Below are positions 30,833 through 42,025 of a DNA stretch of 64,000 bases, piece by piece (position 1 is the first letter of the stretch; each line of letters begins with the position of its first letter). Under the pieces are notes generated by a model, which saw nothing but the letters and a program-made list of their open reading frames with translations, made no database searches and had not been told where the DNA came from. The position numbers were made by a program, and so were the translations under genes. This DNA comes from Savitreella phatthalungensis. Its lineage: Eukaryota. The DNA lies in contig AP039699.1 of NCBI GenBank assembly GCA_051599415.1, forward strand, positions 1-64,000, given 5' to 3'.

Positions 30833-31375
30833 GAATATATTCGCTGAGTGACACTTGTTGTGTAACTCCATCAAAGCGGCAAACGTAGTTTGTGATTAGC
30901 TTTTGTGCGACCCACCAGTCTGCTGAATACCCTCGCAGCTCCCTGTGCTATTGTTTAGAGTCCATCGAGTCGTACGATACTGTCTGTGCAGGATTCAAGG
31001 TGCCGTCAGAATGCCCGAGCTCAAGATGCAGAATTACAGACGATCCTTCGACAAATTGGGCCGCATCGCACGAACTCGCCGGGGAACTGCAGCGCAGCGT
31101 GCGTGCCTCTGATCGAATCAATATCGTCGCGACCAGATCTCATGATCTACCCTCTGCAGCGAGCAGATCAATTCTGAACTGTAAGCGATCAAAATGATAC
31201 GTACGGGACAATGTGCAAGTCATCGCAAACTGTTTACTAAACGAATTGTGCTCATATATATTTGCCAATGATGCTGGATCAATAAACGAGGAAGCAGCCC
31301 GAAGGGGAGTGAAGTCAGCACGGTGAGAAGACGTCCACGGCGCATTGTGCTTAGGCGAGGCATGACTGAGTGGCC

Positions 31376-32518
31376 ATGAGCTTCAAGTCGACAACGCGGC
31401 CTCTGCGCTGCACTTCGCTTCACCAAAGCTCGCTGCCTCAAGACTTAGGGACCGAACTCAGTGGAAGTCTTTCGAAGTCGCTCCAACAACAAGAGAGCGC
31501 CCTGGCTTCTCCTTTAGACTCAAGCGATGAGGACAACAGCCTGTCGGACTCATCCGACGCGCAACCTGCAACCTGTCTAACTCCACTGAGGGGTTCGATG
31601 GGCGACGCTAGTATCCAATCTGGCTCGAAGGCGGCCGATCGCAGAGCCGAGGAGACTCGCTGCGATCCCTTAGCAGCTGAAGCTGGACGGCGTCGTCCGA
31701 CGTCGCGCAGAACAAGCTCCATTAGCCAACTTAGCAAACGCCCCAAAGGTCTTCTTTTCAGTTCCTCTACCACTTTCAGCGCTATCGATGCTATTCAGGA
31801 GTCTTTGCGCAAGAGATCAAGTCGCTCGGACGCCTGCAGCGAAGAGTCGATATCGGAGGCCCGCCGTGCCGCTGTACTTGCCGAACTCCCTGCCGCAGTC
31901 GAGGAAATTCGTCGCGTCAGCTATCGGCGCACATCTATGCTGCCAAAGCCGCGCTCTTTTACCCGCGTAAAGGAAACTCTGCAGGACGAGTCGGCCCCAG
32001 TCGAGACGGACGCTCGGAAAGAAGCCCGACTTGCCGCGATACTTCGAGGAAAGCTCGGCACAGATACGGATATGGCCAGCTCAGGCGACGACGCACCGAC
32101 GACGCCGGAGTCGAATCGCGCAGGCTCGCAAATCGGACATCTCAAAAAGCACGAGTCATCCGATTGTGCTACGGGCCAAACAGTCGCAAATGGGGTTCCG
32201 GATGAGGGTCACTCGATCTACGTGCTAGGCGCTTACGACAACTCGGACGAAATGATTTTCTCCATGCAGGAGCTCTCACCCACGACGACAGATTTCGGAG
32301 AATCTGCATCAGCACAGCTCGCGCCCGCTTACTCCGAAGTGCAGAACCAGCAAAGATATCGCGGAGGTGTCTCCACCGGGAAGCGCAAATACAGCGAAAT
32401 TTTCGAGCCTTACAGCGCCATCAAGCGACGCGCTGTCTCGCCTTCGATCGTTTCACCATTGAGCTCTCCACCGGTGAAGGCCGGCAGCATTTTTCGCATT
32501 GAAGATTTGACCCTGTAA
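31376..32518 (+). CDS. Conserved fungal Ser-rich disordered protein
   Basis: 380-aa ORF with a GKRK...KRRAVSP motif of the kind found in fungal hypothetical proteins. Confidence 0.75.
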   Translation: MSFKSTTRPLRCTSLHQSSLPQDLGTELSGSLSKSLQQQESALASPLDSSDEDNSLSDSSDAQPATCLTPLRGSMGDASIQSGSKAADRRAEETRCDPLAAEAGRRRPTSRRTSSISQLSKRPKGLLFSSSTTFSAIDAIQESLRKRSSRSDACSEESISEARRAAVLAELPAAVEEIRRVSYRRTSMLPKPRSFTRVKETLQDESAPVETDARKEARLAAILRGKLGTDTDMASSGDDAPTTPESNRAGSQIGHLKKHESSDCATGQTVANGVPDEGHSIYVLGAYDNSDEMIFSMQELSPTTTDFGESASAQLAPAYSEVQNQQRYRGGVSTGKRKYSEIFEPYSAIKRRAVSPSIVSPLSSPPVKAGSIFRIEDLTL

Positions 32519-32553
32519 GACGAAGCACCACTCAGCGCAAAAGACGTAGCTCT

Positions 32554-33873
32554 TCAGTCCTGCCATAGTGACTTCAGCATGGCTTCGATGGCTGCAACAG
32601 TCTGCTCGGCCGGCTGCGCGCGGGAAGACGCGGTGCTTAGTTGCAGGCCCTTCTGGCTGCCGCTATCTGTGTCGTCATCCTTAACAGGCATTTGCGCCGC
32701 AGGTGTCCGGACATTCAAATGGCCAGTCGAGACGGAGCGTTTCCCGATCGAGATGAATGCTTCAGGGCGTCCAAGGGAGCCGCGTCGATGAAGCCGAGTA
32801 CTTAATTCCTGAAGTGGCTGACGATGCCTGCAAACATTACGAAATTCACGGTCTATGCGCTCAAATTCCTTGTTTGCGCGTTGTAGAGTGCCTTGGGGCA
32901 CTTGCTTGTGCCCATTGAATGCATCGGGCTCGTTGAGGTCATAAATGCTTGACGCGCGCTGAAGCAGGAGCTTCTGTTGAGTGCGAGACGTACCACTTCC
33001 GAGATGGGCGCTGGATGAATGTGGGCTCGCGTAGAATGTACTCGTGAATTGATCTGTAGCCGCGAGCCCGGGATCTTCGTGACTTCTCCCACCGCCTGAC
33101 CGAACTGCTCGCCGAGTTGGGGTCTCCAAGAAACGGGATATTAATGGTTGTGAAGCGCTGCTGATATCAAGATCATTCGACTCTGGCGCAGTCAAGTCCC
33201 TGGACACGCGCAGCGCGCTGATCGCATCGTGTGGAACAGCAGGCGTAGACTCATGCTCGAGATTTGCCGCTTGGTCGTCGACCAATAGACCTTTGTCTGC
33301 TTTCGACGAAGGACTTTGAGCATCATCATCGGATTTATCGCCTTCGTCGATGATGAAGGTCGGTTTCTGTCGGTCAGGTGGTGCGCTTACATTTGAAATG
33401 AGGCGATCACCGCGTTTTTCTGCCGTGTCATCTTGCCACTCATCTTGCCCGACCGTATTCGGCGGCCGAGATCTGGCTGCTTGCTGCACTTTTGACCGCG
33501 TGTTGGCATGGATTTGATTAGCGCTCGGCCGTCGTGTCTTTCGGACGTCCTGGGTCGAAGTATTCCGTTTAAGCTGGCGAAGATCCGATAGACTGCGTGC
33601 GCTGGATGTTCTAACAATAGCGGACTTTTGCTTCGGTGAGCCAGCGACCGGTTCAGCGCTGCCGCGACCATCAAAGTTGGTCAAAGCTGTCAGCTTGCCG
33701 AGCTGGTTGAGCTTCTTGCCGTAGCTTGGCACACGAGGATGAGCCTTGCTCTGGGCTCCAACGTGAAATTGTCTCCGTGGCTTAGCGGCCGAGGTCCCGG
33801 ATCCGAGCGCGGCACTGCGTTGTTCTTCTAGATCACTCGCGCTGGCTCCCTGTGGTAGCGCAGGCCTTTCCAT
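32554..33873 (-). CDS. tco89: TORC1 subunit Tco89-domain protein
   Basis: SRTQQKLLLQR..EFERIDREFRNV motif in a disordered ~440-aa ORF. Confidence 0.75.
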   Translation of the reverse strand: MERPALPQGASASDLEEQRSAALGSGTSAAKPRRQFHVGAQSKAHPRVPSYGKKLNQLGKLTALTNFDGRGSAEPVAGSPKQKSAIVRTSSARSLSDLRQLKRNTSTQDVRKTRRPSANQIHANTRSKVQQAARSRPPNTVGQDEWQDDTAEKRGDRLISNVSAPPDRQKPTFIIDEGDKSDDDAQSPSSKADKGLLVDDQAANLEHESTPAVPHDAISALRVSRDLTAPESNDLDISSASQPLISRFLETPTRRAVRSGGGRSHEDPGLAATDQFTSTFYASPHSSSAHLGSGTSRTQQKLLLQRASSIYDLNEPDAFNGHKQVPQGTLQRANKEFERIDREFRNVCRHRQPLQELSTRLHRRGSLGRPEAFISIGKRSVSTGHLNVRTPAAQMPVKDDDTDSGSQKGLQLSTASSRAQPAEQTVAAIEAMLKSLWQD

Positions 33874-34152
33874 CAAACGCTCAATGCTTCAAGTCCTTCC
33901 TGCCAATATTCTTGATAGACTGCGTCCATTGACACAATCGAGTAATTGTCCGCGCTGCGTGAATATATCCTACGTACACGCTTCGACATGCATTATAATT
34001 GGAGTTTCGTCCAGCGCGACATATTTGTGCTGGTCGACCGAGATTGATACCGACTGATCGATCGCGGCTCGTGACGGCAGCAGTGAAATCACAGTCTGTG
34101 AAACTGGAAACGATACCTCGTGTCCTAGACTAGGCATGGCATCAGCTTCGAG

Positions 34153-35371
34153 ATGACCGCGGTGGCGCGCTCCAAGGACGGGCTGCTACTCAAGGGCTCT
34201 TTGCCGTGAGTCGTTCGCTTCTGACCGTTCATCGAGCGCTGCTAATGACATAGCTGGAGGTTTGCTAGCACAGTAACTCTATGCTCCATTGGAGCGGTTT
34301 GCAAAACAGTTCTGCTTGCCCAGAAGACCTCAGTCCATGGTCAGGATGCTTTCGTGAAGCTGCTGCAGAATAGAGAAAGGCCGCTCATTACTATCAGCAA
34401 CCATACAAGCGTGTGAGTTTAAAGATTTCCGAGAGTTTGAAGACTGACATCAAGGGTTGATGATCCTCTAATCTGGGGGTTGATGCCCTGGCGGACACTC
34501 ATCGACCCCACAATGGTCCGATGGTCACTTGGCAGCGCGGACATCTGTTTTACCAACCGGTAAGTGGTTGATTTTTCGTCGATACGTCGCTGACGGTTGC
34601 AGGGTGCTGTCCACCTTCTTTTCACTCGGACAGACAATTCCAACATACAGGCACGGCGTCGGTATCTTCCAAGATGGTATCGATGATGCCATACGACTGC
34701 TGGCTTACAGGCAAGCGTGGCTACATGTTTTCCCAGAAGGACGCATCCGTCAAAGCAAAGATTTATCGATGCGCTATTTTAAGTGGGGCGTAGCAAGGAT
34801 CATACTCGAATCGTCCGCAATCTCCGAGCAGCCGCCCCTTGTGGTGCCAATGTTCATAGAAGGCCTGCAAGACGTCATGTCGGATCGTCGGACTTTCCCG
34901 ACTTTTCTGCCGCGTCTGTGGAAGCAAGTGCATTGCACTTACGGACCGCCCATTGCAGATGAGCTCATTTTGCCGTTCATCGAGCGCTGGCAAGCGCTAG
35001 TGCAGCGTAGCAATCTGCCCGACAATGCGCAGCAAGGATTTCACAAGCGCCATGACGCTATGATCGATCTCGCTGATACAGAGGAGGCGCGCAATATACG
35101 CATTGAGCTTACTGAAGTCTTGCGCACCGCCGTTGCCGATTTGCGTCTATCACGCGGCTATCCGGCCGAGCATCCTGACGCACACCGAGCCGAGTTCTAC
35201 AATTCTGCCGAAGGAAGCATGTATGACTTGCTCGGTAATGTTCCCAGGCCAGCAATTTTCGATCGATACAAAGAGGAGAATCTTCGTCGCAAGAAAGCAG
35301 CCAAAGAGGCTAGACTGTCATGCTCAGCGAAGCGCAACGACAAAGTTATCGAGCAGGAGGTAACAGATTGA
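34153..35371 (+). CDS. TAZ1: Tafazzin (cardiolipin transacylase), 4 exons
   Basis: Introns 34206-34253, 34413-34454 and 34560-34602 join LITISNHTSVVDDPLIWG..RWSLGSADICFTN..FFSLGQ..WLHVFPEG..FKWGVAR. Confidence 0.93.
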
Positions 35372-35411
35372 ACAATGCGTGTCGTAATCGATTGAACTCT
35401 ATGAAAGGGAA

Positions 35412-36485
35412 CTAAATGCGAGCGCTGTCGCCCACGAGTGAGGCGCCACGCTTGAGTTGTTGTACAGCCTCTGCGACCATCTCGTCGATGATCTGCTTGG
35501 CTGGCTGCACGTCGTTGATTGAGGCGGCGACCTGTCCCATGAGGTATGGTCTGGCGGACATCTCGAGATCATCGTCAGCCGTACCTTCCTTCTCCCGGCG
35601 ATCCATGTCGTGCACGGCCGGAATTATACCCTGCTGGACTAGTTTCTGAATCTCGTGAGGCTTCGACTCCCAGTCCATGATGTAAGGGTTCTTACGTACG
35701 CGCATAGGGCGCCCCGTGAAGATGATCGTGCGAATTGTATCGGTGTAGTCGGCTGTGACAACTGCGTCCTGGTGACCCTTCGGTGCGCCAGCCTCCTTCG
35801 CGGCGACGAAGCGAGTGCCAACCCAAACAGCCTCGCATCCGTATGCCAGGGCAGCAGCCAGGGAAGTACCACGATACATCGCCCCGGCGGCCACGACATG
35901 AACCTTTTCACCCGTCAAGGGCGATTTAGCATTCTTGCACAACTCGACCACAGCTGGCAGCAGAATTGAGGTTGGAACGTCTCCTGTGTGGCCACCTCCT
36001 TCTCCGCCTTGTGCGCAGATGAGGTCAACCCCAGCAGCTAGAGCCTTCTTCACATGCTTTGGATGTCCAATCATGTTCATGACCGGGATTCCAGCCTTGT
36101 GGAGCTTCTCGACGATTTCTTTCGGCGGCACACCAACGGCGCAGACGAAGAGCTTTGCGCCTGATGCAATGATCGTGTCGACGAGCTCGGGCAAGGAGCC
36201 ATGAGTGTAGTCATAGTTTGTCTTGCGCGCACCGGCTCCAACCTGTGGCAATAACAAGTCGACGCCAAAGGGAGCGTTCTTATCCTTGAGAGCGGCCTTC
36301 AGGTCGGCAATCTGCTCACGCAACATCTGCGGTGTATATCCTACGCCACCGATGACGCCGAGTCCGCCCGCATTGGTAACAGCCGCGGCGAGATCTGGCC
36401 CGGCGGCGACGTTCATGCCGGCGAGCAAGACCGGGTGCTTGATGCCAAACAATTTGGTTATAGCGGTGTTGATCTGAGGAGCCAT
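35412..36485 (-). CDS. Nitronate monooxygenase / 2-nitropropane dioxygenase family
   Basis: LAAAVTNAGGLG, QGGEGGGHTG and VWVGTRF motifs. The C-terminal ARI is PTS1-like. Confidence 0.92.
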   Translation of the reverse strand: MAPQINTAITKLFGIKHPVLLAGMNVAAGPDLAAAVTNAGGLGVIGGVGYTPQMLREQIADLKAALKDKNAPFGVDLLLPQVGAGARKTNYDYTHGSLPELVDTIIASGAKLFVCAVGVPPKEIVEKLHKAGIPVMNMIGHPKHVKKALAAGVDLICAQGGEGGGHTGDVPTSILLPAVVELCKNAKSPLTGEKVHVVAAGAMYRGTSLAAALAYGCEAVWVGTRFVAAKEAGAPKGHQDAVVTADYTDTIRTIIFTGRPMRVRKNPYIMDWESKPHEIQKLVQQGIIPAVHDMDRREKEGTADDDLEMSARPYLMGQVAASINDVQPAKQIIDEMVAEAVQQLKRGASLVGDSARI

Positions 36486-37255
36486 GACGAGCAAACCAGG
36501 TTATCCGAAGGCGTGTGTAAATTCTACTGACTCATTGATGCGCACTTCAGTTTATATAGTCTACACTGCCCCGCACCGCAATGGAAGGCGATTCAGCCAG
36601 AATCTCCAGGGCTCGGCGATCACCCTGGATCTGGGCGAAGTCAACAGAACGATCGCCGGCAATGGCCGAAATCTTTGATTCGGGAAATCTTTGATTCGGT
36701 GGAAATGTGGGGATCTGGGGAGGTTTTATCTGGAGAGGTTTTAAGATCATACAACATGCAGAATATCCGAACGTTCGTGAAAAATCTACCGGGACAGCCT
36801 GGTCAATGGACGATCTGGACATTCTTAGTGGGCGAAGCCACGGCCGATTTGAGGATTATTTGATCGCTCAATCATGAAAAGAACAAGATCTATCGTATGG
36901 CTGCTCTCATCACTTAAATTTGATCTCTATAAACCCAACAGTCCCTTGATTTTGAAATAAAATTTAGATTTACTGGAGCAAAGCTAAACCCGCACTGTAA
37001 TTAGCTTCTAGTTCAAGGGAGGAGCTCAAGTGGCACGTACTGATACACCAAGCTTGTCTTACAGTGCTTCTTCACAGGTCACTAATTGAAGAGTGCAAGA
37101 CATGTTTCTGACCTCGAAGTTCTGGCTGCGTACGTCGGGTTTTCGAGCATTCATCGCATCATTTGATAGACAGCTTGATCATTGAATTGCTTCTTAGTTT
37201 ACGACCTAGGAAGTGTGTTGTACAAGAAGACCCGGAGTCAAAAGCGAATTCGCGC

Positions 37256-38014
37256 TTACAATTCCTTGAAAACGAGATTCCTTTCATAGAATGCCAAGCA
37301 CTGTCGAGGCAGCTTGTCATATACGATGTCCTTCTCGTGGGTGGTGATCTTTTTGTCTTTGCGCCACGCGACAACAAACCACAGAGCCGATCCGTCCTCG
37401 TCTTTTTCGACGTTGATCACCTCTGCCTCAGTCTCCCAGGACTTGAGCTCGAATGGAGCACGCCAATTTTCGTCGCGTTCGAATCCTTGTTGACTATGCG
37501 GAAAGCCCTCAGCATCATCTGATTGCCTTGTATCATTTCTTCCGCGGTTTTTGGCCTCTGACGCCCGGTCCCCTTGTGCAACATCACTTGCGGCCTGATT
37601 GCGCGATCGTCCTGGGGAAAGCGGCACGACCCTGTCAACACTGGACCCGAACTGAGCAGCTGCCTTTCGGGAAGAATACGCTGGACCTCCATGCGCCGTT
37701 GCTTTCCCGGCTACACCCGGACTACGTTTTCGCTTGCGATTTGTGCTATGAGCAGCTGTCTTTTGTGCACCTGCGTGCTTCGCCAAATATTCCTCCACAA
37801 TCTCATTGGCAGTACTACGCAGCTGTCCCACAGGCTCCCAAGTGTTTTCTTCATCGTCGTATCCTTCCCAGTGAATCAGTAACTCCATATGTCTGCCTGA
37901 ACCGCGATGAGCTAGGATCTCGTCAATAACGTAGCTTTGATTATCAGAAGCAGAGCCCTCGCCATCGCTAGAGCTTTGCTTCTCTTCGTCCACCTCAGCA
38001 ATGCGTGGCGCCAT
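37256..38014 (-). CDS. HP1/Swi6/Chp2-family chromodomain + chromoshadow protein
   Basis: Chromodomain YVIDEILAHR..HWEGY..NTWEP with an intact aromatic cage; chromoshadow SWE..PRQCLAFYERNLVF. Confidence 0.9.
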   Translation of the reverse strand: MAPRIAEVDEEKQSSSDGEGSASDNQSYVIDEILAHRGSGRHMELLIHWEGYDDEENTWEPVGQLRSTANEIVEEYLAKHAGAQKTAAHSTNRKRKRSPGVAGKATAHGGPAYSSRKAAAQFGSSVDRVVPLSPGRSRNQAASDVAQGDRASEAKNRGRNDTRQSDDAEGFPHSQQGFERDENWRAPFELKSWETEAEVINVEKDEDGSALWFVVAWRKDKKITTHEKDIVYDKLPRQCLAFYERNLVFKEL

Positions 38015-38194
38015 TCACTTGACCTTCGACGATTCCCCCTGACGATACCACGAGCGCTCTTTTTCCGTGCGCCTGTAACCAAATGATCGCCAAAATTCCG
38101 CGCAGGAGTGCCGACACGTCGCTGTTGCGGCCATCAATTTGACATATATTTGGTTGAAAAAAACTGCATCACGTGGCCCGTTTTCCCGCTGGAC

Positions 38195-39832
38195 ATGAAC
38201 CAGCTGCCCGAGAACGCCGTGCTGGCGCGCGATGAGAATGGCAATCCTTTCATCATTGTCCGGGATCAGGGTGCCAAGCAGCGGCTACATGGAATAGAAG
38301 CCGTCAAGAGTCATATCCAGGCGACTAAGGCTGTTACGAGCGTTATTCGCACTTCCCTCGGGCCACGAGGTCTTGATAAAATTCTTATCTCGCCCGATGG
38401 AGACATTACGATCACCAATGACGGTGCTACGATCCTCGCTCAGATGGACGTAGACCATCAAATTGCAAAGCTTCTAGTGCAGCTATCCAAGTCTCAAGAC
38501 GATGAAATAGGGGACGGGACAACTGGCGTCGTGGTACTCGCCGGTGCTCTGCTCGAGCAAGCTGAGGCTCTGATCGAAAAAGGAATACATCCTATTCGTA
38601 TCGCCGATGGCTTTGATGCCGCTTGTAAAATTGCTATCGAGTGTCTGGAGCAGATTGCCGACGAAGTGACTTTCAGTCCACACGACACTGTCAATCTCCT
38701 CAAGGTGGCCAAGACGTGCCTGGGATCAAAGATTGTATCCAAGTCACACGATCAGTTCGCTCAAATCGCCGTCGATGCAGTCTTGAGTGTTGCCGACCTC
38801 GATCGCAGGGATGTTGATTTCGAGTTCATCAAGGTGGACGGCAAGACAGGCGGGGCGCTCGAAGACACGATTCTTGTAAAAGGTGTAATCATCGACAAGG
38901 ATTTCTCGCATCCACAAATGCCCAGGCGTGTCGAGGACGCGCGACTTGCGATTCTGACGTGTCCCTTCGAGCCTCCAAAGCCGAAGACTAAGCACAAACT
39001 TGACATTTCATCCGTCGATGAATATAAGAACTTGCAAGCATACGAAAAGGCAAAATTCTCAGAGATGGTACAGCAGATTAAAGAGACCGGAGCCAATCTG
39101 GTAATCTGTCAGTGGGGCTTCGACGATGAGGCGAATCACTTGCTGATGCAGAACGAGCTGCCTGCGGTGCGCTGGGTTGGCGGCCCGGAGATAGAGCTGA
39201 TCGCCATTGCCACTAACGGGCGCATTGTACCCCGATTCAAAGACCTGTCAGCAGACAAGCTGGGGCGTGCTGGTTCAGTTCGTGAGATATCATTTGGCAC
39301 GCTGCGCGAGCGCATGCTTGTTGTGGAGGACTGCGCAGATCCACGCGCAGTGACGATCTTTGTCCGCGGTTCCAACAAAATGATTGTCGACGAGGCTAAG
39401 CGTGCCCTGCATGACGCGCTTTGCGTTGTTCGCAACCTCGTCAAAGACAATCGGGTGGTCTACGGCGGCGGTGCGGCAGAGCTGGCCTGCAGCGTTCGTG
39501 TCGCCGAAGCCGCTGATCGAACTTCAGGCATCGAACAGTATGCGATTCGCGCTTTCGCCAGTGCCCTAGACGCCACCCCTGCAGCTCTAGCGGAAAATTC
39601 AGGTCTGTCTCCTATCGAGACCTTGACCGATCTTAAAGCCCGTCATGTGAACGAAGGTAACTCAAGGCTCGGAGTCGATTGCCTGAGCAACGGAACCAAT
39701 GATATGAAGGACCTCTTTGTCATCGATCCTTTGATCGGCAAACGACAGCAGCTTCTGCTCGCCACACAGCTTTGTCGACTAGTCCTCAAGATTGACGACA
39801 GCATAGTCTCTGGTGGGGAAGCTGACTATTAA
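38195..39832 (+). CDS. CCT5: T-complex protein 1 subunit epsilon
   Basis: [42 protein letters not shown] and [11 protein letters not shown] motifs. Confidence 0.97.
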   Translation: MNQLPENAVLARDENGNPFIIVRDQGAKQRLHGIEAVKSHIQATKAVTSVIRTSLGPRGLDKILISPDGDITITNDGATILAQMDVDHQIAKLLVQLSKSQDDEIGDGTTGVVVLAGALLEQAEALIEKGIHPIRIADGFDAACKIAIECLEQIADEVTFSPHDTVNLLKVAKTCLGSKIVSKSHDQFAQIAVDAVLSVADLDRRDVDFEFIKVDGKTGGALEDTILVKGVIIDKDFSHPQMPRRVEDARLAILTCPFEPPKPKTKHKLDISSVDEYKNLQAYEKAKFSEMVQQIKETGANLVICQWGFDDEANHLLMQNELPAVRWVGGPEIELIAIATNGRIVPRFKDLSADKLGRAGSVREISFGTLRERMLVVEDCADPRAVTIFVRGSNKMIVDEAKRALHDALCVVRNLVKDNRVVYGGGAAELACSVRVAEAADRTSGIEQYAIRAFASALDATPAALAENSGLSPIETLTDLKARHVNEGNSRLGVDCLSNGTNDMKDLFVIDPLIGKRQQLLLATQLCRLVLKIDDSIVSGGEADY

Positions 39833-40162
39833 GACTGATGCAGACAATTTTGATCTGAGATGCGCTCCATCGACACAGTTGTCGTGTAGGAAGACATGCA
39901 TTACGAAGGTAATATATCACCTGGTGCCTTTCAACGGTGTCTTTTATTGGCATATGTCCTCAGAGCCTGTGTCCCTCGTGCTTTCTGAAAATCCGATTGT
40001 GATTGGTTGAGTATATAGACGGATTTTGAACGATCTCAGACGATCTTGCGCCGGCAATAATCTCGCGCACCATTGCACCGGACGGCTGAAATCATACCGA
40101 CTCCGAGAAGCTCAGGTATAATACCGCTGAGAGAAGTTGGGATCAAGGTGTCCGGCTTGCGC

Positions 40163-41901
40163 ATGGCGTCGAGCAGCCCGCCAGTGCTCTCGCTCGCGGT
40201 CGGTGCCATCACCAAAGTTGACAACGTTGATTGTGATCGTTTATCGAAGCTTTGGAATGGTGAGTAGTCCAAGACCAATTCTGTCCAAGCGGTTGCTGAC
40301 CAGCAGTCTTCACGAAATGTGCAGAGAACCTTGAGAATGGCCGACGGCTTGAAAATCTATCCTGGCGCTTATGGTACCGAGAATGTCAGATCGTTGAACG
40401 AGAGAAGTACGGCCACAACTTACCAGCACTGTCATCGTCGGTTGACACAGTCGAAGAGGCACAAGAAGCGTGCAAGCCCGAGCGCGATTGCGAATGCTTG
40501 CCGAATCTCAAGAAGCATCTGACTGCACAACAATTCCGCGCACTTGTTGACCGCTTTGGTCGCGACACCATGACACAAGCTCAATGGTTAGAAGCCCGAC
40601 AGAAAGTGATTCAGCGTAAGCAATCACAACAGCAACAGCAGGAGCAGCGCAAGACGCAGACGCAGGAGCAGACGCCGGCTGCTACGGAGGCGCATTCGGG
40701 AATAAGAGGGGCTTCACAAGCTGATGATAGTCCAACGACGACGATGATCTATTCGGAGCACGATGAAAGGAAGAAGCCTCAGGCAGAGGCTGGCGCAAAT
40801 ATTCGAGCGGAGGCGGCACGTCGGTCAACGACCGGGCTACATGCTCGAAATGATCGAATCACCGCTCATGCAAGCAAAGGCCCTGGGCCATTGCGGAGAG
40901 CCAGTAGCGTTGTCCATGGCTTTGTCCCGGGAGAGTCTCTCATCACTCCATCACCGCTCGCGAGGACTCCGACGATGATTGCGGCGTCAAGCAGCAGGCA
41001 AATCTTCTTCTTTCAGTCCAGCCCCTCGGATACGGATACAGACGACGCAGTAGAACAGGACTCAGATCAGCAGCAGCGACCACAGTCACCCGTACAGCAG
41101 CGGACACTCGAGCAGCCATCGAAGCGCAAGGCCACATTCAGAGACATCGTTGATGAAGCTTCTGGCTACGAGTCAAGCCCGTTCGACAGCGATGAGGAAA
41201 GTGATAGGGAACAAGACAAACTTACGACAGGCAAGGCGCAGACGAGCCATCAATCATTCACACGTTCCAGTTTACGAACAGTCGGACTCCCCATGGACGA
41301 AGCATCCACGCTTGGGTCTGCGAGGAGCTGCAGTGTCGCCGGCGCAGACGATGACGACTGGGCGTCGATCGGATCTGATAGTCCAAGTGACGCGGCAGTG
41401 AGAGGCATCGACGGTGACGCCAGTGGCATCTTTGACAAGATACAGGCGAAGCGCAGATTGAGGCGTCCACCGGTACACAATCGTAAATCATTGCTTTCAA
41501 CAATGCTCATCGATGGCAGCAGGCCTGTGTCGAACATCCATTCAAAATCCTCGCCGGCAATCGCTCAGTCTCGACCTGTTTCTCCAGTTGCGCGAAGCGA
41601 CCTGGAAAACTCTCCTCGCGGCAGCCTTTCTCCACGCTCGACGAGGCGTAGCATGATGGCGAAGGAGCTGTCCGAATCACTTCGTCGACATCTCCTATGG
41701 GAGCGACAGCAGAAGTCGTTTCCATCACAGCAAAGCGATATGGTCCTTCAACGTAGGCATACTGTCTATGATCTTGCTCGATTAAGGGACATGTCGGTCG
41801 AGAAGACGCAGCTTCGCACAGCTGGTTCCGCACTTCAGACAGACATGAAAGTAAGCTCGCAAGATGAGCATGACTTTGGATACCATCAGGCTGGTTGGTA
41901 G
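40163..41901 (+). CDS. DUF1752 + DUF3295 fungal protein (YGR237C-like), 2 exons
   Basis: Intron 40260-40306 yields LWNVFTKCAENLENGRRLENLSWRLW. C-terminal SPRSTRRSM..ELSESLRRHLLWER..YHQAGW. Confidence 0.88.
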
Positions 41902-42025
41902 CAATCGCCTCCAGATCCCCAGGTAATTTTCTTTATGAGGTTTCATCTATAGCTGATCCGATCAAATAGCGACGGCAGAACGTAATAACGCGCAGACACC
42001 GATGTAGCCGTGCAGTTGATCATAC